Origin: an uncultured Acidobacteriaceae bacterium
Lineage (GTDB): Bacteria; Acidobacteriota; Terriglobia; Terriglobales; Acidobacteriaceae
Assembly (NCBI GenBank): GCA_963775845.1
Contig: CAVZKN010000004.1
Location: forward strand, 216,865-280,864
Length of the DNA: 64,000 bases
Direction: 5' to 3'
Of the stretch, positions 43,764 through 53,771 are shown one piece after another (position 1 is the stretch's first letter; the number at the start of each line of letters is the position of its first letter). The position numbers were made by a program, and so were the translations under genes. The notes beneath the pieces are model-generated. The model was not told the origin of the DNA, did not search any database, and worked only from the letters and a program-made list of their open reading frames with translations.

Positions 43764-45140
43764 TTACACGCCCCAGAGGTAGTCTTCCTGCTCGGCGTGA
43801 TGATCGGAGAAGGGGATCTTCACCTGCGCTTGACCTGCGCTGCCGGATGCCGGAGCCGGGTGCCCGTCGTTGGAGTTGGCCACGGCAACAATCGCGGCGG
43901 CACGGGGAAAAGGCAGAGCCACTGTCGCCGGCGGGAATTTGCTTTGACCTGCGACGGCGGCCGCGCTCGCTTTCGCTTTACTGAAATCGTGGATCAGCTC
44001 CAGCAAGTGGCTGTCATGAACCTTTTTGATGCGGTCGGCCAGCACCACAAATCGACGGTAGATCTCATCGAGATCGCGGCGTTCGAACTGGTGTCCCAGT
44101 TGCTCGCACCGTAGGGCCAGAGCGTGCCGCCCGGAATGTTTTCCCAATACCAGCCGCGAATCCGGCACACCCACCGACTGCGGCGTCATGATCTCGTAAG
44201 TCAGTGGATTCTTCAGCATCCCATCCTGGTGAATTCCGGCTTCGTGCGCAAAGGCATTCCGTCCGGTGATTGCTTTGTTCGGCTGCACGGGCACGCGGGT
44301 GATTTCCGCCAGCATCTGACTGGAGGAAAAAATCTGTTCGGCGGCGACGGCAGTCTCATAGGCATAGCGGTCGGGACGAACGCGCATGGCCATTACCACT
44401 TCTTCGAGCGACGCATTCCCCGCGCGCTCACCGATGCCGTTGATCGTGCACTCCACCTGGCGCGCTCCGTGCTGCACCCCGGCAAGCGAGTTCGCGACCG
44501 CCAGGCCGAGATCGTTGTGGCAATGCGTCGAGATCGTTACTTTCTCGATACCCGGCACTTTTTCAGACAGCGTCTGGATCAACTTGCCGTATTCCTCGGG
44601 CATGGAGTAGCCGACGGTGTCGGGAATGTTCACCGTGGTGGCGCCGGCGGCGATGACGGCCTCGACGACCTGGCAGAGAAACGGAACGTCGGTGCGCGTC
44701 GCGTCTTCGGGCGAGAACTCGACGTCGGGGCAGAGCGACTTCGCATGGCGAACTGCTTCGCTCGCCTGCTGAAGACATTGCTCGCGCTTGAGGCGCAGCT
44801 TGTACTTCAGGTGAATGTCAGACGTCGCCAGAAAGACGTGGATGCGCGGGTGCGCGGCTCCCTGCAATGCCTGCCAGGCGCGGTCTACGTCGCCCTTACA
44901 GGCGCGGGCCAGCCCGGCAATGATGGGGCGCCGGACGGACGCGGCAATGCGTTGTACTGCTTCGAAGTCGCCATCGGAGGCGATGGGAAACCCGGCCTCG
45001 ATCACGTCGACTCCGAGGCGGTCGAGTTGCTCGGCCAGTCGCAGCTTTTCCCGCACATTCATGCTGCAGCCGGGCGATTGCTCGCCGTCACGAAGGGTAG
45101 TGTCGAAGATGGTGATGCGCGGGCGGTCCATGAAATTCAT
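43764..45140 (-). CDS. 2-isopropylmalate synthase-like enzyme (DRE-TIM HMGL family) that appears to lack the LeuA regulatory domain
   Basis: [14 protein letters not shown] and [14 protein letters not shown] catalytic blocks. After about residue 385 the sequence becomes a low-complexity Ala/Pro/Ser-rich tail instead of a LeuA_dimer-type domain. Confidence 0.75.
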   Translation of the reverse strand: MNFMDRPRITIFDTTLRDGEQSPGCSMNVREKLRLAEQLDRLGVDVIEAGFPIASDGDFEAVQRIAASVRRPIIAGLARACKGDVDRAWQALQGAAHPRIHVFLATSDIHLKYKLRLKREQCLQQASEAVRHAKSLCPDVEFSPEDATRTDVPFLCQVVEAVIAAGATTVNIPDTVGYSMPEEYGKLIQTLSEKVPGIEKVTISTHCHNDLGLAVANSLAGVQHGARQVECTINGIGERAGNASLEEVVMAMRVRPDRYAYETAVAAEQIFSSSQMLAEITRVPVQPNKAITGRNAFAHEAGIHQDGMLKNPLTYEIMTPQSVGVPDSRLVLGKHSGRHALALRCEQLGHQFERRDLDEIYRRFVVLADRIKKVHDSHLLELIHDFSKAKASAAAVAGQSKFPPATVALPFPRAAAIVAVANSNDGHPAPASGSAGQAQVKIPFSDHHAEQEDYLWGV

Positions 45141-45200
45141 GCCTCCAAAAGTCGATCTGTGTAGACTTTAGCGGCGTTTATGGCCAAAAGAAAAGGTTAT

Positions 45201-45231
45201 TATCGTAACGGAATCATTAGAAATTACGATA
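45201..45231. promoter_or_regulatory. Inverted repeat TATCGTAA-N15-TTACGATA in the divergent leuA-like/LysR intergenic region
   Basis: Perfect 8-bp arms at 45201-45208 and 45224-45231 in an AT-rich spacer. Confidence 0.3.
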
Positions 45232-45355
45232 GTATTAATCGAATTTATAGGTTGAACGGATTCACCAGGACGATGGCTGGCGCTACTTTGACTCTCGCTG
45301 CCTCTTCTTGAGCAGAACAAACGGGATAAGTCCCGTCATTACGGCCAGGTTTTCC

Positions 45356-46273
45356 ATGGACCTATCGCAACTGGAAGTCTTTCTCGCCGTGGCTCGCGAG
45401 CACAAGTTCTCGCGGGCGGCGGAGAAGCTGTTTCGAACTCAATCGGCGATCAGCCAGACCGTGCGCAAACTTGAACTTGAGATTGGAGAGCCTTTATTTG
45501 ACCGCTCTTCGCGCGAAGGCGTGCTCACCGATGCCGGGCGCGTCTTACAGGAGTATGCGGAGAAGCTGCTCAACCTGCGTCAGGACGCGCAGACGGCGCT
45601 GGTTGAGATGCGCGAGCTGCAAAAAGGCAAGCTGGTGATTGCCGCCAACGAATTTACGGTGCTCTACTTGTTGCCCGTGCTGGGGGAGTTCCGGCGTCTG
45701 CATCCGATGATCAAGATCACGGTTCGGCGTTCGCTGGGCAGTCGCATTCCCGACGATGTGCTCAAGCATAACGTCGAACTGGGCATGCTCTCCTACGATC
45801 CGCAGGAGCCGCAGTTGCGATCCACAGTGGTTTATTTGGACGAACTGGCGCTCATCGTTCCGCCCGGCCATCCGCTGGCCTCGGCGGGCGAGGTCAGCAT
45901 CAAGCAATTAGGCGCGGAGTCGTTTGTGGCCCATATTGTTGCGTCTCCGTATCGAGAGAAGGTGATCGAATCGTTTCGCCGGCACAAAACTCCCCTGCAC
46001 ATGGACGTAGAACTGCCCACGCTGCAGGCCATAAAACGCTTCGTCTCCATGGGCAAAGGGGTGGCGCTGGTGCCCGAGATCAGCGTGGAAAATGAGATCA
46101 GCCGCGGCGAACTGGTGCGCGTTCCCGTGAGTGATCTGCACTTCCAACGAAAGTTGCGCCTGGTTTACCGGCAGGAATCGGGCCTGTCGCACGCGGGACG
46201 CGCGTTTCTGAAGGTGGCGGAGCAGGTGGCCAAGAATCGTGGCGGCCGTTATCGCTATGAACGTGGCAAGTAG
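45356..46273 (+). CDS. LysR-family transcriptional regulator
   Basis: The HTH reads MDLSQLEVFLAVAREHKFSRAAEKLFRTQSAISQTVRKLE from the ATG at 45356. The listed start is 45308. Confidence 0.85.
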   Translation: MDLSQLEVFLAVAREHKFSRAAEKLFRTQSAISQTVRKLELEIGEPLFDRSSREGVLTDAGRVLQEYAEKLLNLRQDAQTALVEMRELQKGKLVIAANEFTVLYLLPVLGEFRRLHPMIKITVRRSLGSRIPDDVLKHNVELGMLSYDPQEPQLRSTVVYLDELALIVPPGHPLASAGEVSIKQLGAESFVAHIVASPYREKVIESFRRHKTPLHMDVELPTLQAIKRFVSMGKGVALVPEISVENEISRGELVRVPVSDLHFQRKLRLVYRQESGLSHAGRAFLKVAEQVAKNRGGRYRYERGK

Positions 46274-46289
46274 CGACCGAAGGCGATAA

Positions 46290-46727
46290 CTAGGCGGACT
46301 GAACTTCGCCCTGAACCATCGCCGCCATGGCCTCGGGAATGGTGGCGTAGACGTCGAAAACCTGCAGCAGGTGGGTGGTCTCGAAAAGTTGTCGAACCGC
46401 TGATTTGGGGTTGGCAAACATCAGCATATGCCCAGCCGCTTCCGCCCACATGTGAGTCAGCACGAGCTCGCCCAAGGCGGCGCTATCGACAGAATCGATT
46501 CCGGCCAAGTCCACGACCATGCGCCCGGTGGAGGGCAAAATCTCGGCCACGAGCGTCGCCAGCGTCTGCGCCTCACGGTGAAAGATCATTCGTCCCTCAC
46601 AGTGCAGCACTAACGCGCCGCCGAAACTTCCGGCCTCCAGGGTGATCGTAAGATTCTTGCCTGTCCCCAGGCTGACAGGCACGGGCCTCCCCGCGATGAG
46701 ATTCTCTCGTGGAATTTGAGGGGTCAT
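46290..46727 (-). CDS. STAS-domain protein (anti-sigma-factor-antagonist fold)
   Basis: LHCEGRMIF...VVDLAGIDSVDSAALGELV is a typical STAS core. Confidence 0.6.
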   Translation of the reverse strand: MTPQIPRENLIAGRPVPVSLGTGKNLTITLEAGSFGGALVLHCEGRMIFHREAQTLATLVAEILPSTGRMVVDLAGIDSVDSAALGELVLTHMWAEAAGHMLMFANPKSAVRQLFETTHLLQVFDVYATIPEAMAAMVQGEVQSA

Positions 46728-46930
46728 GGCTACACTTTAGTCGCAGAAAACACGAGGTTGGTTGCGTGAAAATGAAACTTTTGTGAATCCTCACTTTCAT
46801 CACGGCTGGCGCAGGCCGACGCCGGGAACATGTCGGGGGAATGTCGACACCTTGCTCTTCATTTAAACTAGATCGGTAAACTGTACTGGCGCGCAACGAT
46901 GACGATTCGGCGCCCAACACGGAATATTCC

Positions 46931-47332
46931 ATGAAGAAAGCGTTTCATACAATTAACTCGCTGGTGATCTTGCTGTCGATCGTCATGGCGGGCCTGCCGA
47001 CGCCGGCAGTGGCTGCGCCGGGCCAGTTATTCGGCCGCGACAATAAGAAAGATACGACGCGTCTACTCCTGGGCAAGGTGCTCGACGGCAGCGATAATCC
47101 CTTGCCGAATGCGGTCGTTTACCTCACCAACACCCACACCCGTGCGGTGAAAACCTACATCATCGGCTCGGACGGCGAATATCGCTTTCCGGGACTGCAA
47201 CCCAATATCGATTACGAAGTCTATGCGCAGTACAACAATCACAAGAGCGGCACGAAGACCGTGAGCCAGTTCGACGACCGCACGCAGGTCTACATCAGCT
47301 TCAAAATCAATACCAAAGCCGAGGGCAAATAG
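46931..47332 (+). CDS. Secreted carboxypeptidase-regulatory-like (CarboxypepD_reg) domain protein
   Basis: Signal peptide, then GKVLDGSDNPLPNAVVYL...SDGEYRFPGLQPNIDYEVYA. Confidence 0.65.
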   Translation: MKKAFHTINSLVILLSIVMAGLPTPAVAAPGQLFGRDNKKDTTRLLLGKVLDGSDNPLPNAVVYLTNTHTRAVKTYIIGSDGEYRFPGLQPNIDYEVYAQYNNHKSGTKTVSQFDDRTQVYISFKINTKAEGK

Positions 47333-47349
47333 GACTACAAAAATGGAAA

Positions 47350-47380
47350 GCCGGGCGTTCCCGCCCGGCCTTGTTCTTCA
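47350..47380 (+). terminator. Rho-independent terminator candidate
   Basis: GCCGGGCG-ttcc-CGCCCGGC followed by cttgttcttc, 18 nt after the stop at 47332. Confidence 0.6.
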
Positions 47381-47393
47381 GTCGCAATCGTGC

Positions 47394-47420
47394 GGACGGG
47401 CGAGACGCCCGTCACTCCAC
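47394..47420. repeat. Palindromic REP-like element, copy 2 (GGACGGGCGAGACGCCCGTCACTCCAC)
   Basis: Differs from copy 1 by one indel and one substitution. It ends 7 nt from the rpsA stop codon at 47428, in the same orientation relative to the minus-strand gene as copy 1. Confidence 0.85.
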
Positions 47421-47427
47421 AAACAAG

Positions 47428-49446
47428 TTAGTTGCTGTCTCCGCCCGCCCGCTTCCACGAAATCAGATCGCCGATAGTGGTGCTGTTTGAGGAGGACGAA
47501 GACGGATGCTTGTAAGACTCCACTTCGTGCCGTGTTGCTTCCTCGCCGACTGCGCGGATGCTGAGACCGACCTTCTTCTCTTCCTGATTCATCTTGATGA
47601 TCTTGAAGTCGTGCTCGACACCGGGTTCGAGATGAACTGGTTGTCCGTTACCGTCGATGGCTTCGGAGTTATGACAAAGGCCTTCGATGCCTTCGGCGAT
47701 TTCGATGAAAGCTCCGAAATTAGCCACGCGCAAGACCTTGCCGTGCACGATGTCACCAACACGGTGTTTGGCGAAGAAGGAATCCCAAACGTCGGGCTGC
47801 ATCTGCTTCACGCCGAGCGAGAGACGCCGCTTGTCGGGCTCTATGGCCAGGATAACCGCCTTAACCTTGTCACCCTTCTTCAGCACCTCGGACGGATGCT
47901 TAACGCGCGTCGTCCAGCTCAAGTTGCTGACGTGAACCAGGCCGTCAATTCCGTCTTCGATTTCGATGAAAGCTCCAAACTCGGTTAGATTGCGAACCCG
48001 GCCTTCGACGGTCGCGCCGACCGGATATTTATCGTGCAGCGAATCCCAGGGATTCGAAGCCAGTTGCCTCATGCCGAGCGAGATGCGGCGCTCGGTAGGA
48101 TTCACGCTTAGCACTACGCAATCGACCTCATCACCGACATTGACCAGCTTGGACGGATGTTTCATCCGCTTTGACCAGGTCATTTCGCTGACGTGGACCA
48201 AGCCTTCAATGCCCTGTTCCAGTTCGACAAAGGCTCCGTAGTCGGTGACGCTGATGACGCGTCCGTGAACGTGCGCGCCCACGGGATAACGATGCTCGGC
48301 ATCGAGCCACGGGTCAGGCGTCAGCTGTTTGAAGCCTAGCGAGACGCGCTGCTTGTCTTTGTCGTACTTCAGAACCTTTACCTGAATCTGATCGCCCACG
48401 TTGACGAGGTCGCGCGGATGAGTCAGCCGCCCCCACGACATGTCGGTGATATGCAACAGGCCGTCAATTCCGCCCATATCGACAAACGCGCCGTATTCGG
48501 TGAGGTTCTTGACAATGCCGGTCAGGACGCTGCCTTCTTCGAGATGTTCGAGAGTCTTGCCGCGCTTTTCGTTCTGTTCTTCCTCGAGAAGCTGCTTGCG
48601 CGAGACGACGATGTTGCCGCGCTTCTTGTTGAGCTTGATGATGGCGACTTCCATCGTCTGGCCCTTCATGCCGTCAAGATTGCGGATGGGACGCAGGTCA
48701 ACCTGGGAACCGGGCAGGAACGCGCGCGCGCCTTGAATGTCGATGGTCAGACCGCCTTTGATGCGCTCGACCACCACGCCTTTGATCGGCTTCTTTTCGT
48801 TGTAGGCGCGCTCGATTTCGTCCCACGAGCGCAGCCGCTGCGCTTTCAGGTGCGAAAGGTTGACATAGCCCTCTTCGGTTTCACCCTTCTCGCGCATCAC
48901 GTCGATCTCGTCGCCAGGCTGGAACTTCGGCTTGCTTTCGTGGTCGAGAATCTCGGCGAGCGGCACCATGCCTTCGGACTTCGCTCCGTAATCGACGACG
49001 ACATGGGTCGCGGTCAGTTTTACGACGCGCCCTTTAATGACGTGATCCTCGCCTGCCTCTTCTTCCTTTTCCGTCTCGAAGCTGTGCAGGGCGGCGGCGA
49101 AGTCTTCACTCGCATTGGCGGCGTGCTCGGGCGCAGTCTTCTCGGGTGCGGCAACCGCTACGGCGGCGTGCTCTGCAGTTTCGTCATGCTGAGCGGTCTC
49201 GCTGTGCGCGTCGGAGCTCTGGACCTCTCCACCGGGCGAGGCCTGATTCTGCAGAGTCTCTTCCGGATGAACTTCGGGTAGATGAACCTCAGGTGCGGCG
49301 GAAGCGCTTAGTTCCACGGGTGAAGGTTGGGCGGGTTCGGGAGCGTCTAGGACGGCCGAGCCGCTAGTGTGATTGTCGTGTGTAGTTGTCATGGTTTCGG
49401 AACTGGAGTCAAGATTTCGGGCGGTGCTGTCGTCGAACAAGTTCAT
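47428..49446 (-). CDS. rpsA: 30S ribosomal protein S1 with an acidic N-terminal extension
   Basis: Six S1/OB repeats (recurring G.V..V..FGAFV and GLVH.S blocks). I found no in-frame ATG, GTG or TTG close to the first S1 domain, so a leader of more than 100 aa seems to be required. Confidence 0.88.
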   Translation of the reverse strand: MNLFDDSTARNLDSSSETMTTTHDNHTSGSAVLDAPEPAQPSPVELSASAAPEVHLPEVHPEETLQNQASPGGEVQSSDAHSETAQHDETAEHAAVAVAAPEKTAPEHAANASEDFAAALHSFETEKEEEAGEDHVIKGRVVKLTATHVVVDYGAKSEGMVPLAEILDHESKPKFQPGDEIDVMREKGETEEGYVNLSHLKAQRLRSWDEIERAYNEKKPIKGVVVERIKGGLTIDIQGARAFLPGSQVDLRPIRNLDGMKGQTMEVAIIKLNKKRGNIVVSRKQLLEEEQNEKRGKTLEHLEEGSVLTGIVKNLTEYGAFVDMGGIDGLLHITDMSWGRLTHPRDLVNVGDQIQVKVLKYDKDKQRVSLGFKQLTPDPWLDAEHRYPVGAHVHGRVISVTDYGAFVELEQGIEGLVHVSEMTWSKRMKHPSKLVNVGDEVDCVVLSVNPTERRISLGMRQLASNPWDSLHDKYPVGATVEGRVRNLTEFGAFIEIEDGIDGLVHVSNLSWTTRVKHPSEVLKKGDKVKAVILAIEPDKRRLSLGVKQMQPDVWDSFFAKHRVGDIVHGKVLRVANFGAFIEIAEGIEGLCHNSEAIDGNGQPVHLEPGVEHDFKIIKMNQEEKKVGLSIRAVGEEATRHEVESYKHPSSSSSNSTTIGDLISWKRAGGDSN

Positions 49447-49898
49447 AGCCTCGGAGTCGACACGTAGGTGCGCGACTGGTGCGGGACGTGGTGTTGCGGA
49501 CTGCTGGCGTGGTCTTTAGGTTGCGTTGAGGCCGACCTGGCGGACGACCTGGGACAATTCCAGCTGGTTCGAAACCGCGTCCAAATAGGGACTCATTAAC
49601 TATAGCAACCGCCGGAGAAAAGTGTCAATTGAGATTATGGCCAAGACACAACAATTTACAGTCGCGTCACACTGGTATTGAGAGGTGCGCAAGCGTCTCA
49701 GCATATGGTCAAAATTGCCGTCGCGAAACTGCACTCATCGTCCTAGGCCGAGCGCATTAGACCAGACGCGATTCGGAACCCCCCACCGCGTCCTTATGTA
49801 GTTACGCAAAACCAGTGGAGACGATAAAATCATCCATTCGAGCAATCCGCCTCGCCGGAACAGGTGCTGAACAGGGCTGGCGAATTAGGAGAACCGAG

Positions 49899-50345
49899 AT
49901 GCCGCTGGTGCGCATCTGCGAAAGCTGCGGACAGAAAAATCGGGTTCCGGCAAAACATCTCGCAGCCACTGGCCGGTGCGGTGCTTGTAAATCGCCGCTT
50001 CCGCCGGTGAACGAGCCACTGGAAGTCGATCCCGAGCAGTTCGACGAAATCACGCAAACCGCCCGCGTCCCTATACTGGTCGATTTCTGGGCGGCCTGGT
50101 GTGGACCCTGCAAGATGTCCGCGCCGGAGGTGGCCCGCACGGCGGCGGATCTCGCGGGCCGCGCCATCGTGATTAAGGTTGACACGGAGCGCTATCCCGA
50201 ACTGGCAGCCCGTTTCAACGTTCGCGGCATCCCGAACTTTGTTGTCTTCAACGCCGGTCGCTTGGTAATGCAACAGGCCGGATTGGTCGACCACACTCAA
50301 ATGGAAAACTGGCTGCGATCCGCCGGGTCTGCCTCGGCCGCCTAA
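49899..50345 (+). CDS. trxC: Thioredoxin, Trx2 type with an N-terminal zinc finger
   Basis: CESCGQKN...CGACKSP, then the WAAWCGPCKM active site. ATG at 49899 follows AGGAG. The listed start is 49815. Confidence 0.85.
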   Translation: MPLVRICESCGQKNRVPAKHLAATGRCGACKSPLPPVNEPLEVDPEQFDEITQTARVPILVDFWAAWCGPCKMSAPEVARTAADLAGRAIVIKVDTERYPELAARFNVRGIPNFVVFNAGRLVMQQAGLVDHTQMENWLRSAGSASAA

Positions 50346-50607
50346 TCCTGCGTGTCGCTTGTTCTGCCGGCCTTCTGCTCAGGGATCAGTTCGCGCGTCT
50401 TACCGTAATTCCCCGATTGCCGCATCCTCGCCCCTAACCGATAAAAGAAAGGGCGCATTTTCTCCGAGTGACTTGCAGATTGGCAGGAGATTACCGGCAG
50501 ACCACAGCGCGACCGATTCGGTGGAGGCTTACGTGACGCGTCGGAATTTGTTTCTTTCTTCGAAGTCGTTTCCCTATAACGGTTCCAATCGGAATCGTGT
50601 ACCAGCA

Positions 50608-51519
50608 TTGAAATTTCTCGTCTTGCTGGCTTTGTCAGCCTCGCTCGCGGGCTGCGGAAGCAGTTCCAAGAGTTCCTCTTCTTCCCCGCCTCCGTCGCAG
50701 CCGCAGTATCCGTTCACCCCTCCAGTCGCGATTACCTGGCCCATCAACGCGCCGTGGACGAGTCCTTACCCCGCGCCGCCGGCTTGTGATCCGGTCGAGC
50801 AGCCGTGCACGCCTCCCGATTCCAACGGCTCGAACGATTTTCCCTTGACTGTTTCCAGCCCTACTCCCAATCAAACCGTTACCTCGCCGGCTACGGTCGT
50901 TGCATCCGCCACTCCAACCAATCCGATTTTCTTCATGCGCGTCTATGTAGACCAGTTAGCCGTGTACTTTACATTTAATAACTCGATTAACACGCAAATC
51001 TTCATGGCTCCCGGTGCACATACCATGGAAATCATGGCCGAGGATAATCAAGGCTATATCTCGGCGACCATTCTGAATGTCACCGTGAGTTCACAGTCCC
51101 AAACCACAATCAGTTCGATTCAGGACATGCCGGGTTGGCAACAATGTTCCGCCAAGTTTCCTCCGGGCTCGGGGCGCAACGGGCAAATCTGCGCCGCCGG
51201 ATTGGGGAACGCGGTCTCCGTGATGACTCCCAATCAATCCAGTCCGTCGATGGACGGCAAGTCCGCGCAGTTCACCATGGGAGGTCCCACCGCCTATTCC
51301 AACGAGCTTTATTTCAATCCAGTGGCCGGGGGCAACAGCGTTAGCCATTTCACGTACGATCTGTATTTCTACATCGACAATCCGGACGTCGCCCAAGCCC
51401 TGGAATTTGACATCACCTTCAGCGCCAAGCCATCTGGCCCCTGGGAGCCCTACAGGTCGAATAGCATCTCTGTAGGGTCTAAGCCGGATTGGCGTCAGCC
51501 CATCTACCGACTAACTTAA
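50608..51519 (+). CDS. Lipoprotein with an Ig-like domain; function unknown
   Basis: TTG at 50608 gives MKFLVLLALSASLAGC (lipobox) followed by a Ser/Pro linker. The upstream part of the listed ORF (50359-) looks non-coding. Confidence 0.5.
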   Translation: MKFLVLLALSASLAGCGSSSKSSSSSPPPSQPQYPFTPPVAITWPINAPWTSPYPAPPACDPVEQPCTPPDSNGSNDFPLTVSSPTPNQTVTSPATVVASATPTNPIFFMRVYVDQLAVYFTFNNSINTQIFMAPGAHTMEIMAEDNQGYISATILNVTVSSQSQTTISSIQDMPGWQQCSAKFPPGSGRNGQICAAGLGNAVSVMTPNQSSPSMDGKSAQFTMGGPTAYSNELYFNPVAGGNSVSHFTYDLYFYIDNPDVAQALEFDITFSAKPSGPWEPYRSNSISVGSKPDWRQPIYRLT

Positions 51520-51537
51520 CGCAAGAGGATATGTTGA

Positions 51538-51924
51538 ATGGATTTTAGAAAAAGTGTTTGGATCGGTCTCCTTGCAGGCTCACTGCTACCGGCGACAGTG
51601 CTCGTGGCGCAACAATCTAACGGCTCAGCCGATAACACTGTTGTCAACCAGAGAGACCGCAACGGAAACGACCCCACGGCAGATCAGCAAAAAGACAATC
51701 GTTCCGACCGCGACATAACCCAGCAAATTCGTCGCGCCATCGCACAGGATAAATCACTCTCCACCTATGCCCACAACGTAAAAGTTATTACCAGAGACGG
51801 CCAGGTAACCCTGAAAGGGCCGGTTCGCTCCGACGAAGAAAAGCGAGCCATCGAGGCCAAAGCCGCTGAAATTGCTGGCGGGAACAAGGTAACCAGTGAA
51901 CTCGACATCAAAGCAAAACAGTAA
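51538..51924 (+). CDS. BON-domain (OsmY-like) secreted protein
   Basis: Signal peptide and VKVITRDGQVTLKGPVRSDEEKRAIEAKAAEIAG. Confidence 0.75.
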   Translation: MDFRKSVWIGLLAGSLLPATVLVAQQSNGSADNTVVNQRDRNGNDPTADQQKDNRSDRDITQQIRRAIAQDKSLSTYAHNVKVITRDGQVTLKGPVRSDEEKRAIEAKAAEIAGGNKVTSELDIKAKQ

Positions 51925-51954
51925 TTACCCAGCCCCATCTCAAGGAGAGACTCA

Positions 51955-52539
51955 ATGTCTGGAAAAAATACAGCAGTGTTTGGCATCTATCCTAGCTATG
52001 CAAATGTCGAAAGCGGCGTCGACGGTCTGAAGGCCGCCGGCTTCAGCAATCGCGATATTTCTGTGCTCTTTTCGGAAAGTTCCGGAACGAGAGATTTTGC
52101 CCATGAGAAGGGAACCAAGGCTCCCGAGGGAGCGACAGCCGGCGCTGGAACCGGAGTTGTTCTCGGTGGCGCACTGGGATGGCTTCTCGGTGTCGGAGCG
52201 CTTGCGATACCCGGCCTCGGCCCATTCATCGCGGCTGGCCCGATCATGGCCGCTCTGGCTGGAGCCGGAGTCGGCGGCACGGTTCTCGGCGTAGCCGGCG
52301 CCCTGGTAGGCATGGGCATTCCCGAGTACGAGGCCAAGCGCTATGAGGGGCGCGTGAAAGATGGCGGCATCCTGTTATCAGTGCACTCCAACACCTCCGA
52401 TGCCACTAAACGAGCAAAACTCATCCTCGAAGCGACCGGAGCCCAGGACATTTCGTCCACCAGCGAGGCCAGTTCCGGCAACGCTAAAGCCGACGTTGAC
52501 GAACTCGAGGACAGAGATGATCTACCCAGGGCTGTGTAG
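51955..52539 (+). CDS. General-stress-type membrane protein (Gly-zipper core, YflT/DUF1269-like)
   Basis: AAGGAGA SD. The N-terminal AVFGIY...GLKAAGFS domain is followed by a Gly/Ala-rich double hydrophobic span. Confidence 0.55.
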   Translation: MSGKNTAVFGIYPSYANVESGVDGLKAAGFSNRDISVLFSESSGTRDFAHEKGTKAPEGATAGAGTGVVLGGALGWLLGVGALAIPGLGPFIAAGPIMAALAGAGVGGTVLGVAGALVGMGIPEYEAKRYEGRVKDGGILLSVHSNTSDATKRAKLILEATGAQDISSTSEASSGNAKADVDELEDRDDLPRAV

Positions 52540-52598
52540 CGAGCGGTCGATGCGGTGCGCAAAAGCAAAATTGAATCTTCAAGACTAAGGAGAACAAA

Positions 52599-52850
52599 AT
52601 GAACTCAGATGAAATGAAGGGCAAATGGAAGCAGATGACGGGTTCGGTAAAAGAAAAATGGGGCAAGCTGACCGACGACGATCTCAAGATTATCGACGGC
52701 CAGCACGATAAGCTGGTCGGCAAGATCCAGGAACGGTACGGGATCGCAAAAGACGCCGCTCAAAAGCAGGTCGATGACTGGAACGCCGCGGCCAACAAGT
52801 CGAACGCCGAAGCCGAGCAGGATTTCGACCAACGCCGCAAGGCCAGCTAA
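52599..52850 (+). CDS. CsbD-family stress protein
   Basis: KGKWKQMTGSVKEKWGKLTDDDL..I.G..DKLVGKIQERYG is the CsbD signature. AAGGAGA SD. Confidence 0.85.
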   Translation: MNSDEMKGKWKQMTGSVKEKWGKLTDDDLKIIDGQHDKLVGKIQERYGIAKDAAQKQVDDWNAAANKSNAEAEQDFDQRRKAS

Positions 52851-52874
52851 GTATGCGCCTCTGTAAAAAATTGA

Positions 52875-52902
52875 GGGAGCCGCGAGTGCGGCTCCCTTTT
52901 TT
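52875..52902 (+). terminator. Rho-independent terminator
   Basis: GGGAGCCGC-gagt-GCGGCTCCC followed by TTTTTT. Confidence 0.85.
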
Positions 52903-52950
52903 AGTTGGTCTGCTGTTGGTAGGTCAGGAGAGATCGTAAGTACAGATTGG

Positions 52951-53685
52951 CTAAGCCGCCGTTCGCTCCGTCGTCGGCGTCCCCGCTGCAGTTACGCCGT
53001 CCGTCGTCGTAAGTACTACCGGCGGCATTTGCACCTGGATAATATCGTTCTTCACCGCATACACCACCAGATCTCTGATGGAATGGAAATCCAGCTTGCG
53101 CATGATATTGCTGCGGTGAGTCTCCGCCGTCTTCGTGCTCAGGTTCAAAAGCGTGGCCACTTCCTTGGAACTCTTGCCTTCCGCCAGAAGCTGAATCACT
53201 TCGCGCTCCCGCGGCGTCAGCTTGGCTGACATCGGCTGATCGCTGCTCGAGCCGTTGAAGCCTTTGTCCAGAAATCCAGCGAGCACCATGTCATTCACCC
53301 GCGAGGTGAAGAACATGCGCCCGCTCTGCAACGCCTCTACTGCCGACACCAAGTCGCGCACCGCATCCGATTTCAACACGAAGGCGCGCGCCCCGGCGTC
53401 GAGCGCCTCTCGTATGACCTGGTCTGAATCCGTGATCGTCAACACTACAATCTTCACCCGCGGATTCTGCTGCGACAACTGGCGTGTCGCTGCCAGGCCA
53501 TTCAGGTTCGGCATGCCAACATCCAGAACCACTACGTCTGGCTTCAACTGCTTCGCCAGTTCGACAGTTTCTCGTCCATCCCTGGCCTCGCCGCAAATCT
53601 CCCAGCCTTCGTGGTTCTGCAACAACGTCGCTAGGCCGCGGCGTACAACTTCGTGGTCGTCAGCAATCAAAATACGCAGCTTCAT
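52951..53685 (-). CDS. NarL/FixJ-type response regulator (receiver plus LuxR HTH)
   Basis: MKLRILIADDHEVV receiver and C-terminal LTPREREVIQLLAEGKSSKEVA...TAETHRSNIMRKL. GGAGGTGAG SD. Confidence 0.9.
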   Translation of the reverse strand: MKLRILIADDHEVVRRGLATLLQNHEGWEICGEARDGRETVELAKQLKPDVVVLDVGMPNLNGLAATRQLSQQNPRVKIVVLTITDSDQVIREALDAGARAFVLKSDAVRDLVSAVEALQSGRMFFTSRVNDMVLAGFLDKGFNGSSSDQPMSAKLTPREREVIQLLAEGKSSKEVATLLNLSTKTAETHRSNIMRKLDFHSIRDLVVYAVKNDIIQVQMPPVVLTTTDGVTAAGTPTTERTAA

Positions 53686-53771
53686 GGCTCACCTCCGTGA
53701 GGGATGCTAAAACCGCTAATTACAATTGCGTTCCAACCTAAATTCGCCTGCCTATGAAATTTGTCCTGCTG

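Noticed and set aside
50359-50607. The upstream 83 codons of the listed lipoprotein ORF.
   Set aside because: The sequence is unprotein-like (Arg/Ser/Pro-rich). A TTG at 50608 gives a textbook lipoprotein signal with the LAGC lipobox.
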